64,000 nucleotides of DNA from Chrysochromulina tobinii (Eukaryota): assembly GCA_001275005.1 (NCBI GenBank), contig JWZX01003249.1, forward strand, positions 1 through 64,000, in the 5' to 3' direction. Numbering within the stretch: position 1 is the first letter of the stretch; the number at the start of each line of letters is the position of its first letter. The notes under the pieces were generated by a model. That model had not been told where the DNA came from. It saw only the letters and a program-made list of their open reading frames with translations, and searched no databases. Position numbers and translations under genes: made by a program. This document shows, piece after piece, positions 48,601 to 58,600 of the stretch.

Positions 48601-49434
48601 GTGATTCGCGTTCGGACGCGGCACGCAGCACCATACCCAGTCATCACGCTCGGCGATCGTCGTCAGACGAACACCCTCTTTAGTCCAAAGGGTGGCCTTA
48701 CGGTCAGAGCCGCCGACGCACAGGTACTCGCCGTTGGCGAAGTACGAGATGCACGCCGGGTCGTGCCCGAGCGCGCGGTCCTTGCCGTGCTGCGCGCCCG
48801 TTACGTCGTAAAACGAGAGCGTCTGGTCCCAGCATCCGACCGCGAGCAAGTTGGGGCTTTCGTCGCGCGACGGGTTCCACGCGAGCGACCAGATGGCCGC
48901 CTTGCGCTCAATGGAGGTTTTCTCCTTGCCTGCCTTGTCGCGGATAGATATGCTGCCGTCGAACATGCCGAGCGTGAGGACCGTTCCGTCCACGGTCCAG
49001 CTCATGCAGCAGATGCGCGACGACACCTTATGCTTCGCCACCGACTTTTGCTCGGGCGACCAGAGCCCGAAGTCGCTCGCGGTGCCCGAGGCGAGCTGCT
49101 GCGTGACCGGGTTATACGAGAGGCACTGGATCGCGTCATTGTGGCTGTACTTGAGGATACCCTCCGCCTTGTTCGTCCAGATGATGATTGTCTTGTCCTC
49201 GCCACCAGACGCGAAGCGCTTGCCGTCTTTGGCGTACGCGACGCAGTAGAGCGTCTTCTTGTGGCCTTTGAGAGAGTGCAGCAGATCGCCATCGATGCAA
49301 TCGTACATGAGCACGCGGCTCCCACACGCGGCGACGAGCTGCTTGCCGTCTGGACTGAAGGCGATGTCATAGATGCACGACTTGACCCCATCGCGCTCCG
49401 GCACCTTGTCCGACCAGGCGACGAGAGCGCGCAT
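45640..49434 (-). CDS. IFT122: Intraflagellar transport protein 122
   Basis: WD40 N-terminus (LKGHK...YCVAYAKDGKRFASG..DK.IIIW..K.EGILKYSH), TVHGLYRERYAYRE.MTDV, TPR region, C-terminal CPFCR. Confidence 0.96.
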   Translation of the reverse strand: MRALVAWSDKVPERDGVKSCIYDIAFSPDGKQLVAACGSRVLMYDCIDGDLLHSLKGHKKTLYCVAYAKDGKRFASGGEDKTIIIWTNKAEGILKYSHNDAIQCLSYNPVTQQLASGTASDFGLWSPEQKSVAKHKVSSRICCMSWTVDGTVLTLGMFDGSISIRDKAGKEKTSIERKAAIWSLAWNPSRDESPNLLAVGCWDQTLSFYDVTGAQHGKDRALGHDPACISYFANGEYLCVGGSDRKATLWTKEGVRLTTIAERDDWVWCCVPRPNANHVAIGCNDGTISLYQLKFLTVHGLYRERYAYREYMTDVVVQNMVTESKVRIKCRSYVRKIAIYKERLAVQLPDRLLIYELSADEAGGEIAYRPVERLQLDVDCNLLVVTSQHFLLCVEKKLQLYSLTNVREREWVLEDVIRYIKPVGGPPGREGLVAGCADGTVVQIFIDNPFPVPLIKHTAPIRCLDLSMHRDKLAIVDDHAALVVYDLLTGATLAEEQNAEAVVWNTEVPDMLCFSGHGTLSIKTGSFPVHQQRMQGVVVGFKGSRIYGLNYVALQAIDVPQSATLYRYIEKRDFAGAYMVACLGVTDADWKQLAQESLKALALDVSRKAYVRLRDTRYLDLITRLEAERRQPGHDDQVLIATVLAYQGKLQEAARLFCKANRVERAIDMYSDLRKWEEARQYAHSASPEAAQELVKRQARWAEETNDTSVAYQTYIAAGEIIKAIHILGGKGWYDQLADVSKTLDPKTQAAELRACLAYLSKAAKEAPPPPPPPAISLGGALKVGGFMSKLKKAAGIQQPAAVGHAKDIFLKLGDVEGLLTLQVDHCQWDEALKLIEQHPKLAPKVYLPYAQWLIGADRFEEAQEAFKQAGEGPKSLEMLRTLIHNAVLEHRYQDAGHYLWVLATETLAAAPERPGPEVLREFDRCRRMSEQYYAYNSIHKYTDEPFTALTPDTVFNISRTLLAQLLREPAPFGVSKAYCLFALAKQSKALGANRLARFALEKLNTFKVPPAWFEPVDLFALSIRARPPNDADELQPSCFRCQTINPLLNQNGDKCTACGHPCIRSFVNFELLPLVRFTPSRDMTQMEALTLLRREPPPRKLSRPRGPDNPWGNDGPDVQTLSLAGDAQAAEAAGVVDIDDPFTKAMLEFEPTGRFTPTIASREMMLQMSAADVFVLQWPTSARPLEFFRNMLPDVPVVCCHECNHFFHEEDWELAVMKNGKCPFCRAKADASDNGSAVTYPVAARNAPIMGNEPRFQAPSPIS

Positions 49435-49635
49435 CGCGGCAGAGGCGACGACGCCCGAGGGACACGGTGGTCTTCGGTGGCCGAGCGGACGCGACGGGAG
49501 CGCGGGCGGTGGCCCGACAGAACCAGCGGCTCCGGCAGCAAAGAGCGTTGCCCACTCGCGTCTAATCTTACTGGAAAATGAATTTCCGCGAGACGCCAAG
49601 GGGCTGGCCCTTGAGAAGCCGCTGCATTCATGGAG

Positions 49636-49700
49636 AAAAGTCAAGTCAAGTCACTTCATAAACAACAGATTGAAGTGACTTCACTTGACTTTTGACTTGA
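49636..49700. promoter_or_regulatory. Inverted (TCAAG)n repeat with core CATAAACAACAGA in the IFT122/ARM divergent promoter
   Basis: AAGTCACTTCA (49648-49658) / TGAAGTGACTT (49671-49681) and AAAAGTCAAGT / ACTTGACTTTT are perfect inverted pairs. Confidence 0.55.
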
Positions 49701-49905
49701 GTCCGCGTGTGGAGGCTCTCGGAACGGAATTAAATCTGTGACGGTGTCAAATCCGAACACTACGTGCACATGTGAATGGTCATGCTGAGGGACTCACAAA
49801 TTGTGCCGTTTCTTCGAAACAAATTAGGTTTGTGTGGAGGCGCGGCGGCGTTTCGTCTTTGGCGAAGCATGGCAGCGCACTGGTGAAGCGCTTCGAATCG
49901 ACACG

Positions 49906-50757
49906 ATGCAGAAGAAGAAAAAGGAGGCGAAGAAGAAGGAACCGGACCCTGAGCTTGCGGCGGCACTCGCCGGGCTCCAGGACGACCCGAACATGCCGAC
50001 GAGCTCCGACGGCAAAGCGGCGGCGGCCTTTGCGCTTGGCAGCCTTTTGAGTTGCTCGGATGTGTTCAGGCAGGATGCAATCGCCGCCGGCTGCCTCGTT
50101 CCACTCGTGACCATGCTCGAGAAGGGCACAGAACGCGAAAAGGAGGCCGCGGCATTCGCGCTGCGCGGCCTCTCCACGAATATGTGTGTGTACACTCTCC
50201 GCGGCATGCCTTTTGCAGGTAAGTTGTCCCCTTCGACGTATCCGGTGGTCGGTGACAGCCCGACGGCGATCGTAAGCGCCAACGCCGTCGCGCCGTTGGT
50301 CGCGCTGCTGCAAAGGGACGGCACGACTTGTGCCCAGAAGGAGCATGCTGCTGCGGCGCTGTGCAACATCTCCACAAAGGCGCCGTTTCGAGCCGCAATC
50401 GCCGCGGCAGGCGCCATCGTGCCTTTGGTTGAGCTCATTCGCAAAGGGCCGGAAGACGTGGCGGCTGCTGCGGCCTTCGCGATCGGAAGCCTCGCGTTTG
50501 GTTCCGCGGCCAACCGAGCCCAAATCATGGACGCCGACGGACGAAGATGGCTAGAGGCCTTGCTCGCGCGTGAGGTCGTTGATGGCATCGACATTGAGAA
50601 GCGGCAGAGAATCGTCGCGTACGCGCTGGGGGAGCTGGATCCCCACGTCGTGGCAGCGCGCGAGAAGGCGAAGGCGGACGTGTTGGCAGCGGCGGCGGAG
50701 GCGGCGAGAGCTGGCGATGATGGCAAGAAGGATGCAAAGAAGGGAAAGAAAAAGTAG
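49906..50757 (+). CDS. Armadillo-repeat protein
   Basis: Repeated IAAAGAIVPLVELI..G...AAA.AL.NL ARM units. Confidence 0.85.
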   Translation: MQKKKKEAKKKEPDPELAAALAGLQDDPNMPTSSDGKAAAAFALGSLLSCSDVFRQDAIAAGCLVPLVTMLEKGTEREKEAAAFALRGLSTNMCVYTLRGMPFAGKLSPSTYPVVGDSPTAIVSANAVAPLVALLQRDGTTCAQKEHAAAALCNISTKAPFRAAIAAAGAIVPLVELIRKGPEDVAAAAAFAIGSLAFGSAANRAQIMDADGRRWLEALLAREVVDGIDIEKRQRIVAYALGELDPHVVAAREKAKADVLAAAAEAARAGDDGKKDAKKGKKK

Positions 50758-51472
50758 CGTAATTAAAGTTTAAACGTGTAGGACTGCCGCGAGCCTCAGT
50801 CGACGTATACGTCGCGGTTCCGACTTGTCCGTCTGTAAGACCTTTCTTGGATATATACAAATTCAAATCACACAGTCTTTATCAGCATATACGATATAGC
50901 GGCTCAGATCGGTTGAGATCGCATTAGGACGCTTTTGACTTTTATATTAAATGTCTAAAATCTAATCCGCATACCGCGAGCTACCGGGGATTCACGAGCA
51001 GCCACACGTCGGGGGCGAGAGCGAGCAACAGACACGACATTCACATTCACGTCCATTCACGCACATGCAGCCGCTTCAAACCACAATGGCGGGTACCAGG
51101 CGCGGGGGCGGTTTCGAGATGGGCGCCATACAGCGGCCCATGGAGCATGTGTGGTGCGGCTTCACTTTAGCTTCACTTGTGAGAAGGTCTTTTGGCGTGA
51201 TGCTCAAGCAAGCAAGCTAGTTAGTCGAAAACAACACAAGTACACCTAAACGAGCGCAATCGAATACCCCTGTAACCAGCGGAGTAGGAAAGGGTGGGCG
51301 GAGAAGATGATATGATGCTCAAGATGTGGCGGCTGGCGGATGAGGTGTGTTTTTTGAGAAATGAAACAATCTTGATGCAATGCGTTTGGTCAACTTTTGG
51401 AGCGTTTTGGGGGATGCGCACCACATATGAGATCGGATTCTTCGCGGGTTTTTCGCGCAAGGATTCGCCTTG

Positions 51473-52669
51473 ATGCACTTGATGGTTGTTGCAGGCCTGG
51501 TTGCTGCCTTCAACCCGAGCGTGACTCCGCTGTCCCATCATCCTGAGATGCGCCGAGGGTCGGGTGCCGTGGCGACGATCGCCCTTGGCAAGCCCGATGA
51601 GCCGCTGGTCTCGGTGCCCCCCCCAGCGCTGATCGCTGCCAACCCCCCGGACCCCGCATTGGGCGAGGCGCGACTGTCCAGCTTTTTGGGCATGCCCACA
51701 CTGTACCCATCGATCGCCCTTGCAGCTGCCTTTGTTTCCGTCGCCGTGCATTTGCTAAGCCAAGTTGCGGGCTTCAACGGACTCAAGCTCATCGTTGCGG
51801 GCGCAATAGCAGGCGTCATATCGCGCACCGCTTGCGCGCCGATCGAGATGGTCGCGACGCTCATGATGTGCAGCGGCGGCGACAGCAAAGGTATGTTGCC
51901 TGAATTGAAGGATGCGTGGCGAAAGGATGGCATGCGTGGGCTCTTCAAGGGCAACGGCGCCAACTGCTTGAAGGTGGCGCCGCAGCGTGGCACGCAGTTT
52001 CTTGTGTACGAGAGTGCCAAGAGGATGCTCGCCGAGAATGGATGGTTTGGCATCGTGGCAGGCGCGCCGCTTCCCGCGGGCGCTCGCCTTCTCGCCGGTG
52101 GCATCGCGGGCATGTGCGCGGCCGTCATCGTGTACCCTCTCGAAGTCATCAAGACGCTGCGCACCGTCTACCCGGAGCAGTGCACCGGCATTGACGAGAC
52201 CTTCCGTTGCGTCATGAAGTTCGGCGGGATCAGGAGCTTCTACGCGGGCCTCACTCCGACGCTCTTTGCTATGTTCCCTTACGTCGGCTTCGAGTTCATG
52301 GTGTACGAGACGCTCAAGAAGCACGTCATGGCCAGCACGGGCTTGACACAGATCAGCGTGGTCGCCCAGCTGTGCATCGGCGCGCTCGCGGGCGCCGCCG
52401 GCCAAGCGTCGGCGCATCCGCTCGACGTGGTGCGTCGCCGGATGCAGATGGCCTTCCTGCAGAAGAAGGGCATGGTGAAGGCCAAAGTGGGCGACGAGAA
52501 GAAGGTGCCGATCACCAACATGATCCAGGGGCTCTATTCGATAGGCAAGTACGAGGGACTCCCGATGCTTTTCCGCGGCCTCGGCCCCGCATGCCTCGAA
52601 AAGGTGCCCTCGACGGCGATTGGCTACGTCATCTACGAGGCCATGAAGGCGACTCTGGGCGTCGCCTAA
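51473..52669 (+). CDS. Mitochondrial-carrier-family (SLC25) transporter, probably plastid-targeted
   Basis: Three P.[ED]...[KR] repeats (APIEM, YPLEVIK, HPLDVVRRRMQ), GLFKGNGANCLKVAP; signal peptide ending LVAAF. Confidence 0.9.
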   Translation: MHLMVVAGLVAAFNPSVTPLSHHPEMRRGSGAVATIALGKPDEPLVSVPPPALIAANPPDPALGEARLSSFLGMPTLYPSIALAAAFVSVAVHLLSQVAGFNGLKLIVAGAIAGVISRTACAPIEMVATLMMCSGGDSKGMLPELKDAWRKDGMRGLFKGNGANCLKVAPQRGTQFLVYESAKRMLAENGWFGIVAGAPLPAGARLLAGGIAGMCAAVIVYPLEVIKTLRTVYPEQCTGIDETFRCVMKFGGIRSFYAGLTPTLFAMFPYVGFEFMVYETLKKHVMASTGLTQISVVAQLCIGALAGAAGQASAHPLDVVRRRMQMAFLQKKGMVKAKVGDEKKVPITNMIQGLYSIGKYEGLPMLFRGLGPACLEKVPSTAIGYVIYEAMKATLGVA

Positions 52670-53164
52670 GGCGGCAGCTTGCTGCGGCGCACGACGGCGA
52701 CTGGGCCCAAGGTAGCCCCACAGATCCCGCGTGCCAGTCCCTTGGGATGGTCCCCAGGGATGGGGCACGCGGCGGTAAGGGCGGAGTGTCAATCGTGGCA
52801 AGGCCAAGCGGACGTTGGCGTTGGATGCGGACAAGAGCACGTGGATGACGCGCGTGGCATCGGAGCATCAGAAGTTATTCGGAAGGCTTGCCACCGTCAG
52901 TGTGGCGGGTTGACGGTTAGCTATAATACCGCTTCCACGGCTAACAAACTCAACACCCACTGGCGCACACAGCTCACTCACGACAGAACGCACCGTCTAA
53001 CTAAATAGCGGACACCAAAAACCAAAAAAAACGGAGGGATGTCAGATGACGGCGCACCTCCGCCGGCGGCGCTCCGGTTCGTGCGGGCGGACTGACATCA
53101 GACATGCGTCGCGTGGCGTACTCGCGTTCGGCCCCATGTGTGGATGTGACCGAGATGAGTTCTT

Positions 53165-55159
53165 TCATTCATCGAGAAAGTCGAGTGGTGTTTGAGTGGA
53201 TTCCGGCTCTTCGTATTCTTCGAAGATGACTTGGGGCGTGCTTGGGACGAAGTTTGCATCCCAGCCGGGAACATCCCATCCGAAGGTTGCGTCCCAACCT
53301 TGCGCCCCACGCACTTGATGGGGTGCTGCCAACTTGCTGAGGCCTCCGGGGGCCAGCATCTGCACGCCGAAGTTCTCTAGCCGCTTGAAGGTGGCGGTGG
53401 GGTTGGTGGAGCAGCTCTTGCTGTCTGGATCGAGATACTTGTCCACTGCTCTGACTCCTCCATCATTGTCTTTGCTCTCTTTGAGATCGACCCCTGCCAT
53501 CAGCTCCGTCGCTTCGGGCCCCATCGGCTCGGCGGACAGGCCGACGAGCTTGAGGGCCTCGCTTAGGCACTTGTTGGAGTCTTCCCAGCAGTCCTCGGAC
53601 TGCAGCTGGGCGTCGGTGTGGTCCTTCGAAAAGGTCTGGAACATGTCCAAGGGGCGCGGGAGGCTGCAGTCAAACTCTGTGCCGGCATCGTCAAAACGGT
53701 GGAAGTTGGAGAATTGCCTGTGGAGCTCGTCTCGCTGGTACGCGATCGTCGTGATCTTGGGGTTCTGCTCAAACGACATGAGCGCGTCTTTCCACGCCGT
53801 CATCGCCTTTACGTTGATCGCTTCCTCGCAGGACGAAAAGGCCACGTCGTCCTTCGTGTGATGTGTGGGCGTTCGTCCGTTGACGTAGTTCGGGAACATC
53901 TTGAGGGAGATTGTGCAGTTTGAAGGGGGGCAGACGTCTGCGGGAACCTCCTTGCAGATGAGATCATGAATACGGACAAAGTAGTCGGCGAGATCGTATG
54001 TTAGACCCTCGTACAACGAGCGAACGTTCACGCCGGTAGCCACTTGGAGCTTTCCGAGCTTCAAGCTCTTCAGCACAGCTTCAATCTTCGTATTGAGCTT
54101 GGGGTTGTTTGTGTTCTTAAGGGTGCCAGTCGAGTCCGTGTCGAAGATGGAGTCAGGCGTCCTCTTGCCGCTGCAGGCTGCCGTCTCGTCGCTCGCTGCC
54201 CACAACATCTGCCCCATACCGAACGGCTCCCCGATGTCCTGAACGCACGGGTGGGTATTGAGCGCATTCGCAAAGTTGGACGTGCCGCTCCCGTGGTCAG
54301 AGACGATGACGAGCACCTGCGCGCGCGCGCCGGTGGCTTCCAGTGAAGGCTTCTTCTCCGCCCAGCCCTTGGGGACAGGTCGTTCCGTCACCACGGGTGC
54401 AGGTCGTTCTGTCACCACGGGTGCAGGTCGTTCCGCCACCATCGGTACAGGCGAGGAAGGCGCGTGCGCAGGCGCAGGGCAGCCGCACGATAATGCGCAC
54501 GTTGGGTGCATGAACATCGGGTTGCGATGGCACTCGCCTTCTTGGGCCCACGCGGCGCAAGGCATGTCCTTCGTGTCGCTGCATCCCTCTGCCTTCGGAG
54601 TGGCCGTGCTCGGCGTATCGACCGAGGTCGGAGTGTTGAGATCTGTGGGGGCCGCCGCCTCTTTGGCCGCCGCCTTCTCGGCGGCCACCTTTTCCGCCGC
54701 CGCCTTCTCCGCCGCCGCCTTCTCGGCCACCGCCTTATCGGCCGCCGCCTTCTCGGCCACCGCCTTCTCGGCCGCCGCCTTCTCGGCCGCCGCCTTCTCG
54801 GCCGCCGCCTTCTTGGCTGCCATGGCCGCCTCCTTAGCTGCCGCCTTAGCTGCCGCTTTCTCGGCCGCCTTCACGGCATCTGCCGCCTCGGTGGCCGTGT
54901 TTTCGGCAGTGGTCGAGGGCGGCGAGGAGTTGCCCTCGGTCGCGGACGGCGCGGTCGAAGTGGTCGAGGCCAACGATTCTTCAGCCAGCTCTTTCCGGAT
55001 TTCCTGGACAGCAGCACCTTGATCGGCGGTCAAGTATGTTTGCCGTTGCCGGGAGATGGCCTCTTGCAGCGATGGGGTGGGGTGGAAAGATTCCGCATCA
55101 AGATGAGCCCTGTTCGACGTGAGCGGTGCGGCCAACAAATGGAGCACAAAAAGCCACAT
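53165..55159 (-). CDS. Secreted protein: AAAEK repeats, ShK domain, sulfotransferase-like domain
   Basis: Signal peptide; CSD....[27 protein letters not shown] (ShKT); SDHGSGTS....LNTHP....GEPF resembles a 5'-PAPS-binding loop. Confidence 0.7.
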   Translation of the reverse strand: MWLFVLHLLAAPLTSNRAHLDAESFHPTPSLQEAISRQRQTYLTADQGAAVQEIRKELAEESLASTTSTAPSATEGNSSPPSTTAENTATEAADAVKAAEKAAAKAAAKEAAMAAKKAAAEKAAAEKAAAEKAVAEKAAADKAVAEKAAAEKAAAEKVAAEKAAAKEAAAPTDLNTPTSVDTPSTATPKAEGCSDTKDMPCAAWAQEGECHRNPMFMHPTCALSCGCPAPAHAPSSPVPMVAERPAPVVTERPAPVVTERPVPKGWAEKKPSLEATGARAQVLVIVSDHGSGTSNFANALNTHPCVQDIGEPFGMGQMLWAASDETAACSGKRTPDSIFDTDSTGTLKNTNNPKLNTKIEAVLKSLKLGKLQVATGVNVRSLYEGLTYDLADYFVRIHDLICKEVPADVCPPSNCTISLKMFPNYVNGRTPTHHTKDDVAFSSCEEAINVKAMTAWKDALMSFEQNPKITTIAYQRDELHRQFSNFHRFDDAGTEFDCSLPRPLDMFQTFSKDHTDAQLQSEDCWEDSNKCLSEALKLVGLSAEPMGPEATELMAGVDLKESKDNDGGVRAVDKYLDPDSKSCSTNPTATFKRLENFGVQMLAPGGLSKLAAPHQVRGAQGWDATFGWDVPGWDANFVPSTPQVIFEEYEEPESTQTPLDFLDE
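54655..54810 (-). repeat. 15-bp coding repeat (AAAEK)n
   Basis: Tandem GCCGCCGCCTTCTCG units on the + strand. Confidence 0.85.
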
Positions 55160-55633
55160 TCCTCCGCCTTCCTAAAAAGGCCTTTTAAAAAGGTGTTTTC
55201 ATAGCTCTTTTGCACGCTCGAGATAGAGAAAAAGTCCAAGGAGTTTAGGACTTCGCGTCAGTACTGAACCTGGTTCAGAACATTGAATGTTCATTCTGTT
55301 TCACACCTTGCGCCTCCCTCGTTGTGCCTCCACGGGGCCTGTGGGTTTTTAGAGTTAAGGACTTCACCGTACAGTACTCTTCGCGTCCAGTATACCACAC
55401 GGTTCGTAGGACCGGCTGTCGCGTCTGTCGTGTTAACGTTCACGGTTCCACAAGGAGGGATGAAGCGGGCGCCGTCGCGGCCTTTTTTTTGTGCCGAACT
55501 CCCCACCCCCCCTACGTGTGGCACCCATCGAGAGGGTGCATAGACGGTTCCAGACATGTGTCTGCGGTCGCGGGGCATGCAAATCTCATTCCATAATGAG
55601 TTGCGTCAGTTTTCAGTTTTTTTTGCGCGTGCC

Positions 55634-58600
55634 ATGACGTCGCGCGACTGCTTCTACTGCGGCAAGCGAGTCGCTGCGGGCAAATCTTGCAGTGTGCTGT
55701 TCCTCGACGGTCGGGGGTATCCCCCGAGCGACACCGAGATCATCCAGTACGCGCAGCTCTGCGATACTAGCGATCCAACCATCAAACATGATGCAGGCCA
55801 TGCAGCGCTTCGGCGCGGCATTTCCGATATCGCGTGCAACTCTTTTGCGTGCTATCGCCTGCTCAAGGACGTCAACAACTACGTCACGATCAACGTGCGC
55901 GTCACGCGCTCTATTGGGGAAGCCTCAACCTCCACACCAATCCTTCCAGCGCATCGCAAGGTGCCTTCCGCCGCAGAGAAGGCTGCTGCACTCGAAGAGC
56001 CTGCAAGGTTCTATCCGCTTGGTCCGCGAGGTGGTATCTCACATCGAGAGGTGACGCTCATTCACAATAGCGCGCTCGAGCCCACCGAGCTGCACTCGCT
56101 TGGCGCAGCGCCGCAGCAAGAGGAGCAGTCATCTCCTCCTTCATCGCGTCCATGGACTCCGTCACCGCATACGACTGATGTTGATGTCGAGGCGCTGATG
56201 AGCTGCGATGATCCTAGCGCTCAACTACTCGAGACAGTGCTGTCCGGGACCGGGAGGCGCAAGGAGCTCTCGAAGTACCGTCCGACGAGCACACTCTCGG
56301 CTGCGCAAGCACAGAACCGTGCAGTCCATCTGGGCTCAGAGCTGCACAGCACCGTAAAAGAGTTGGATCGCGTTCGCTTTCAATATGACAAGGCAAGTGC
56401 GGAGCGTAAGGTGCTCAAGCAAGATGCCGGTCGGGCTGAGCTCCTCCATACGGAGCTCGAGCGGGAGCTTGCAAGATCGAAGCAGGAGCTGAGTATTGCC
56501 TCGTCGCGTCTGGAGATCTTCGAGCAAGCTGCTGCTGTACTTGCGGATGCCGGCCTGGGCGACATCCCCGAGCGCTTTGCAGCTGGTGTTCTGTCCTCTG
56601 CCATCGACACATCATCCGTCTTTGCCCGCTTCCTGGACGATCAGATGCAGAACGTGTTTCACAGCACGTCTTACACGCATCGCTTCAAGGATGACGTGAA
56701 GACATGGCTCGCTGCAGCCCTCGCCCAGCCAAGCACAGCCAGAGCCTTTGAGACGCTTGCAGGCAACCCAAAGCGACGCTCGCAGATGGGCCTGATGTTG
56801 CCAACGGCGCGTACGCTGCGCGACCTCTATAAGACCGAGAGCGCGGCGAGTGCGTCTGGCAAGGACTTTATGGGATTTGTCATCCCTGAGCAGGTTAAGG
56901 CATTCCTCAAATACATGAGAGAGGTGCGACGGATCGAGTGGATCACGGCCGAATTCTACGCGGTGCGGGCGGCAAGAGATGCGCTGCTTGAGGAAGCGGA
57001 CCCTGAACTCCTCGGTCAACGTGTTGCACACGATGTCACGGAGCTTGCCCTTTCAGTTGTGTATGGTCAGCAGCATGTCCAAGACGTTCCGCTCAACGTC
57101 AAGGACATGGAGGACGAGATTGATGCGGCGTCCGAGGAGATCGTCACATCTCTGTGCATTGCGTTGTCGATGCTCGGGCCCACTTCGCGGCCGCTGCTGC
57201 CTGTGACGGGGGAGCTTGATGCCGAAACGTGCATGGAGCTGACTGAAGCAGCAAATGCTGCAAACGTCCCGTCAATTGCAGTGCTCGCCGCCGCCAAGGC
57301 GCTCCGGCGCGCAAAGCCGAGCGTCTCGCCAACGGTGTTGTCCGCGCTCGGGTTCGATGAGACAGACATCGATCCGATGCTCTACATCAGCAAGGACGGC
57401 AAGTACACCTTTGGCGGCGATGTCAACCTGTCCGTGATCAACGAGGACGATCCAGCTCCTTTACAATTGCAATTTCGGAAGCTCATGCAGTCGCTTGACG
57501 ATACAATATGCAGCGGGAAGGATGGCAAAGGTGGATTGCAGGCTGCAATCGACGAGCTTGCTGCTGGTGTAGGACAGCTGCGAGATGCCGTGCGCGCTGC
57601 AGAGGCTGAGAGAGACGCTCGGGCCGCAACGTACCGGAGGCGCAACGACAAGATCGCGAACGGTACGACCGTGAAGAAGCGTGCAGCGAGGAAGAGGAAA
57701 CCCGCGGCAGGTGTCGCCGCCGACGCTGGTGGCGACGCTTCTGGTACCGCAGTCGCCGTCGCCGATGCCAACAACGAACTTGAGACTGATGAAGGCGATG
57801 CACTTCGTGACCAGCAGGGGATGGCCGCCATCGAGGGCCAGGAAACGCGGGCGGCTGCTGAGCTTTTGAAGCGACGCCTCGTAACGAGAATATTTGAAGA
57901 TGCTTCGGAAGAGACTGGATTTGTCGCGGAGGTGCTGCCGGAGGACAGCGACTACCCAAACCAGATCTGGTTCAAGATTGAATACATCGGCACCGACGTT
58001 CAGAACTTCGATGAACTGCCCTGGCGACATTACGATGATCAGTCAGGCGAGATATATCTTCGGGATATTCTTGTGCCCATGTCCGCCTACGCCTCAGAAG
58101 ACCTCTTGACCAGACTTGCTCAGCCTGCGCTACTGGCAGAGGCACGGGCGCGTGGGCTGAGGGGAGGCAAGACTACCAAACCAGAGCTTGCTCGAAAACT
58201 CTTCAGTAAGTTTCAGGAGCTCAAAGCAGCTGCAGCCGTGTGCGACCGAATCGACGTCGCTGTGTTAAACGGCGACCTCACCGTCGCTCAAGCGCAGGAT
58301 CTTCGCGATGCAATCATCGAGGACCAGCAAGCTGAGCAGCTTGGAGCCGGTCAGGCCGCTGCAGGAACTGGCGAGGCAGACGATGTTATCATGCAAGAAG
58401 CTGATCCAGGGGCCCCTGGCCCGTCTCCCGAGGAAGCCGAGAACGCGAACATGCAGTCCGACCTGGAGGCCGTCTTCAAATCGAAGCAGGTCACCGAACT
58501 GGTTGCTAAACAGGCGGTCATTGACGCAGCTATTCGCCGCTTGCGCACTGTGACCGAGTTTCTTGTCGACGCTCGCAATGCGGGTTACTATGTCGATGCT

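Noticed and set aside
41788..49434. Possible ciliary gene cluster (PG-repeat protein, IFT122, ARM protein)
   Set aside because: Interspersed with unrelated genes; compatible with chance in a flagellate genome
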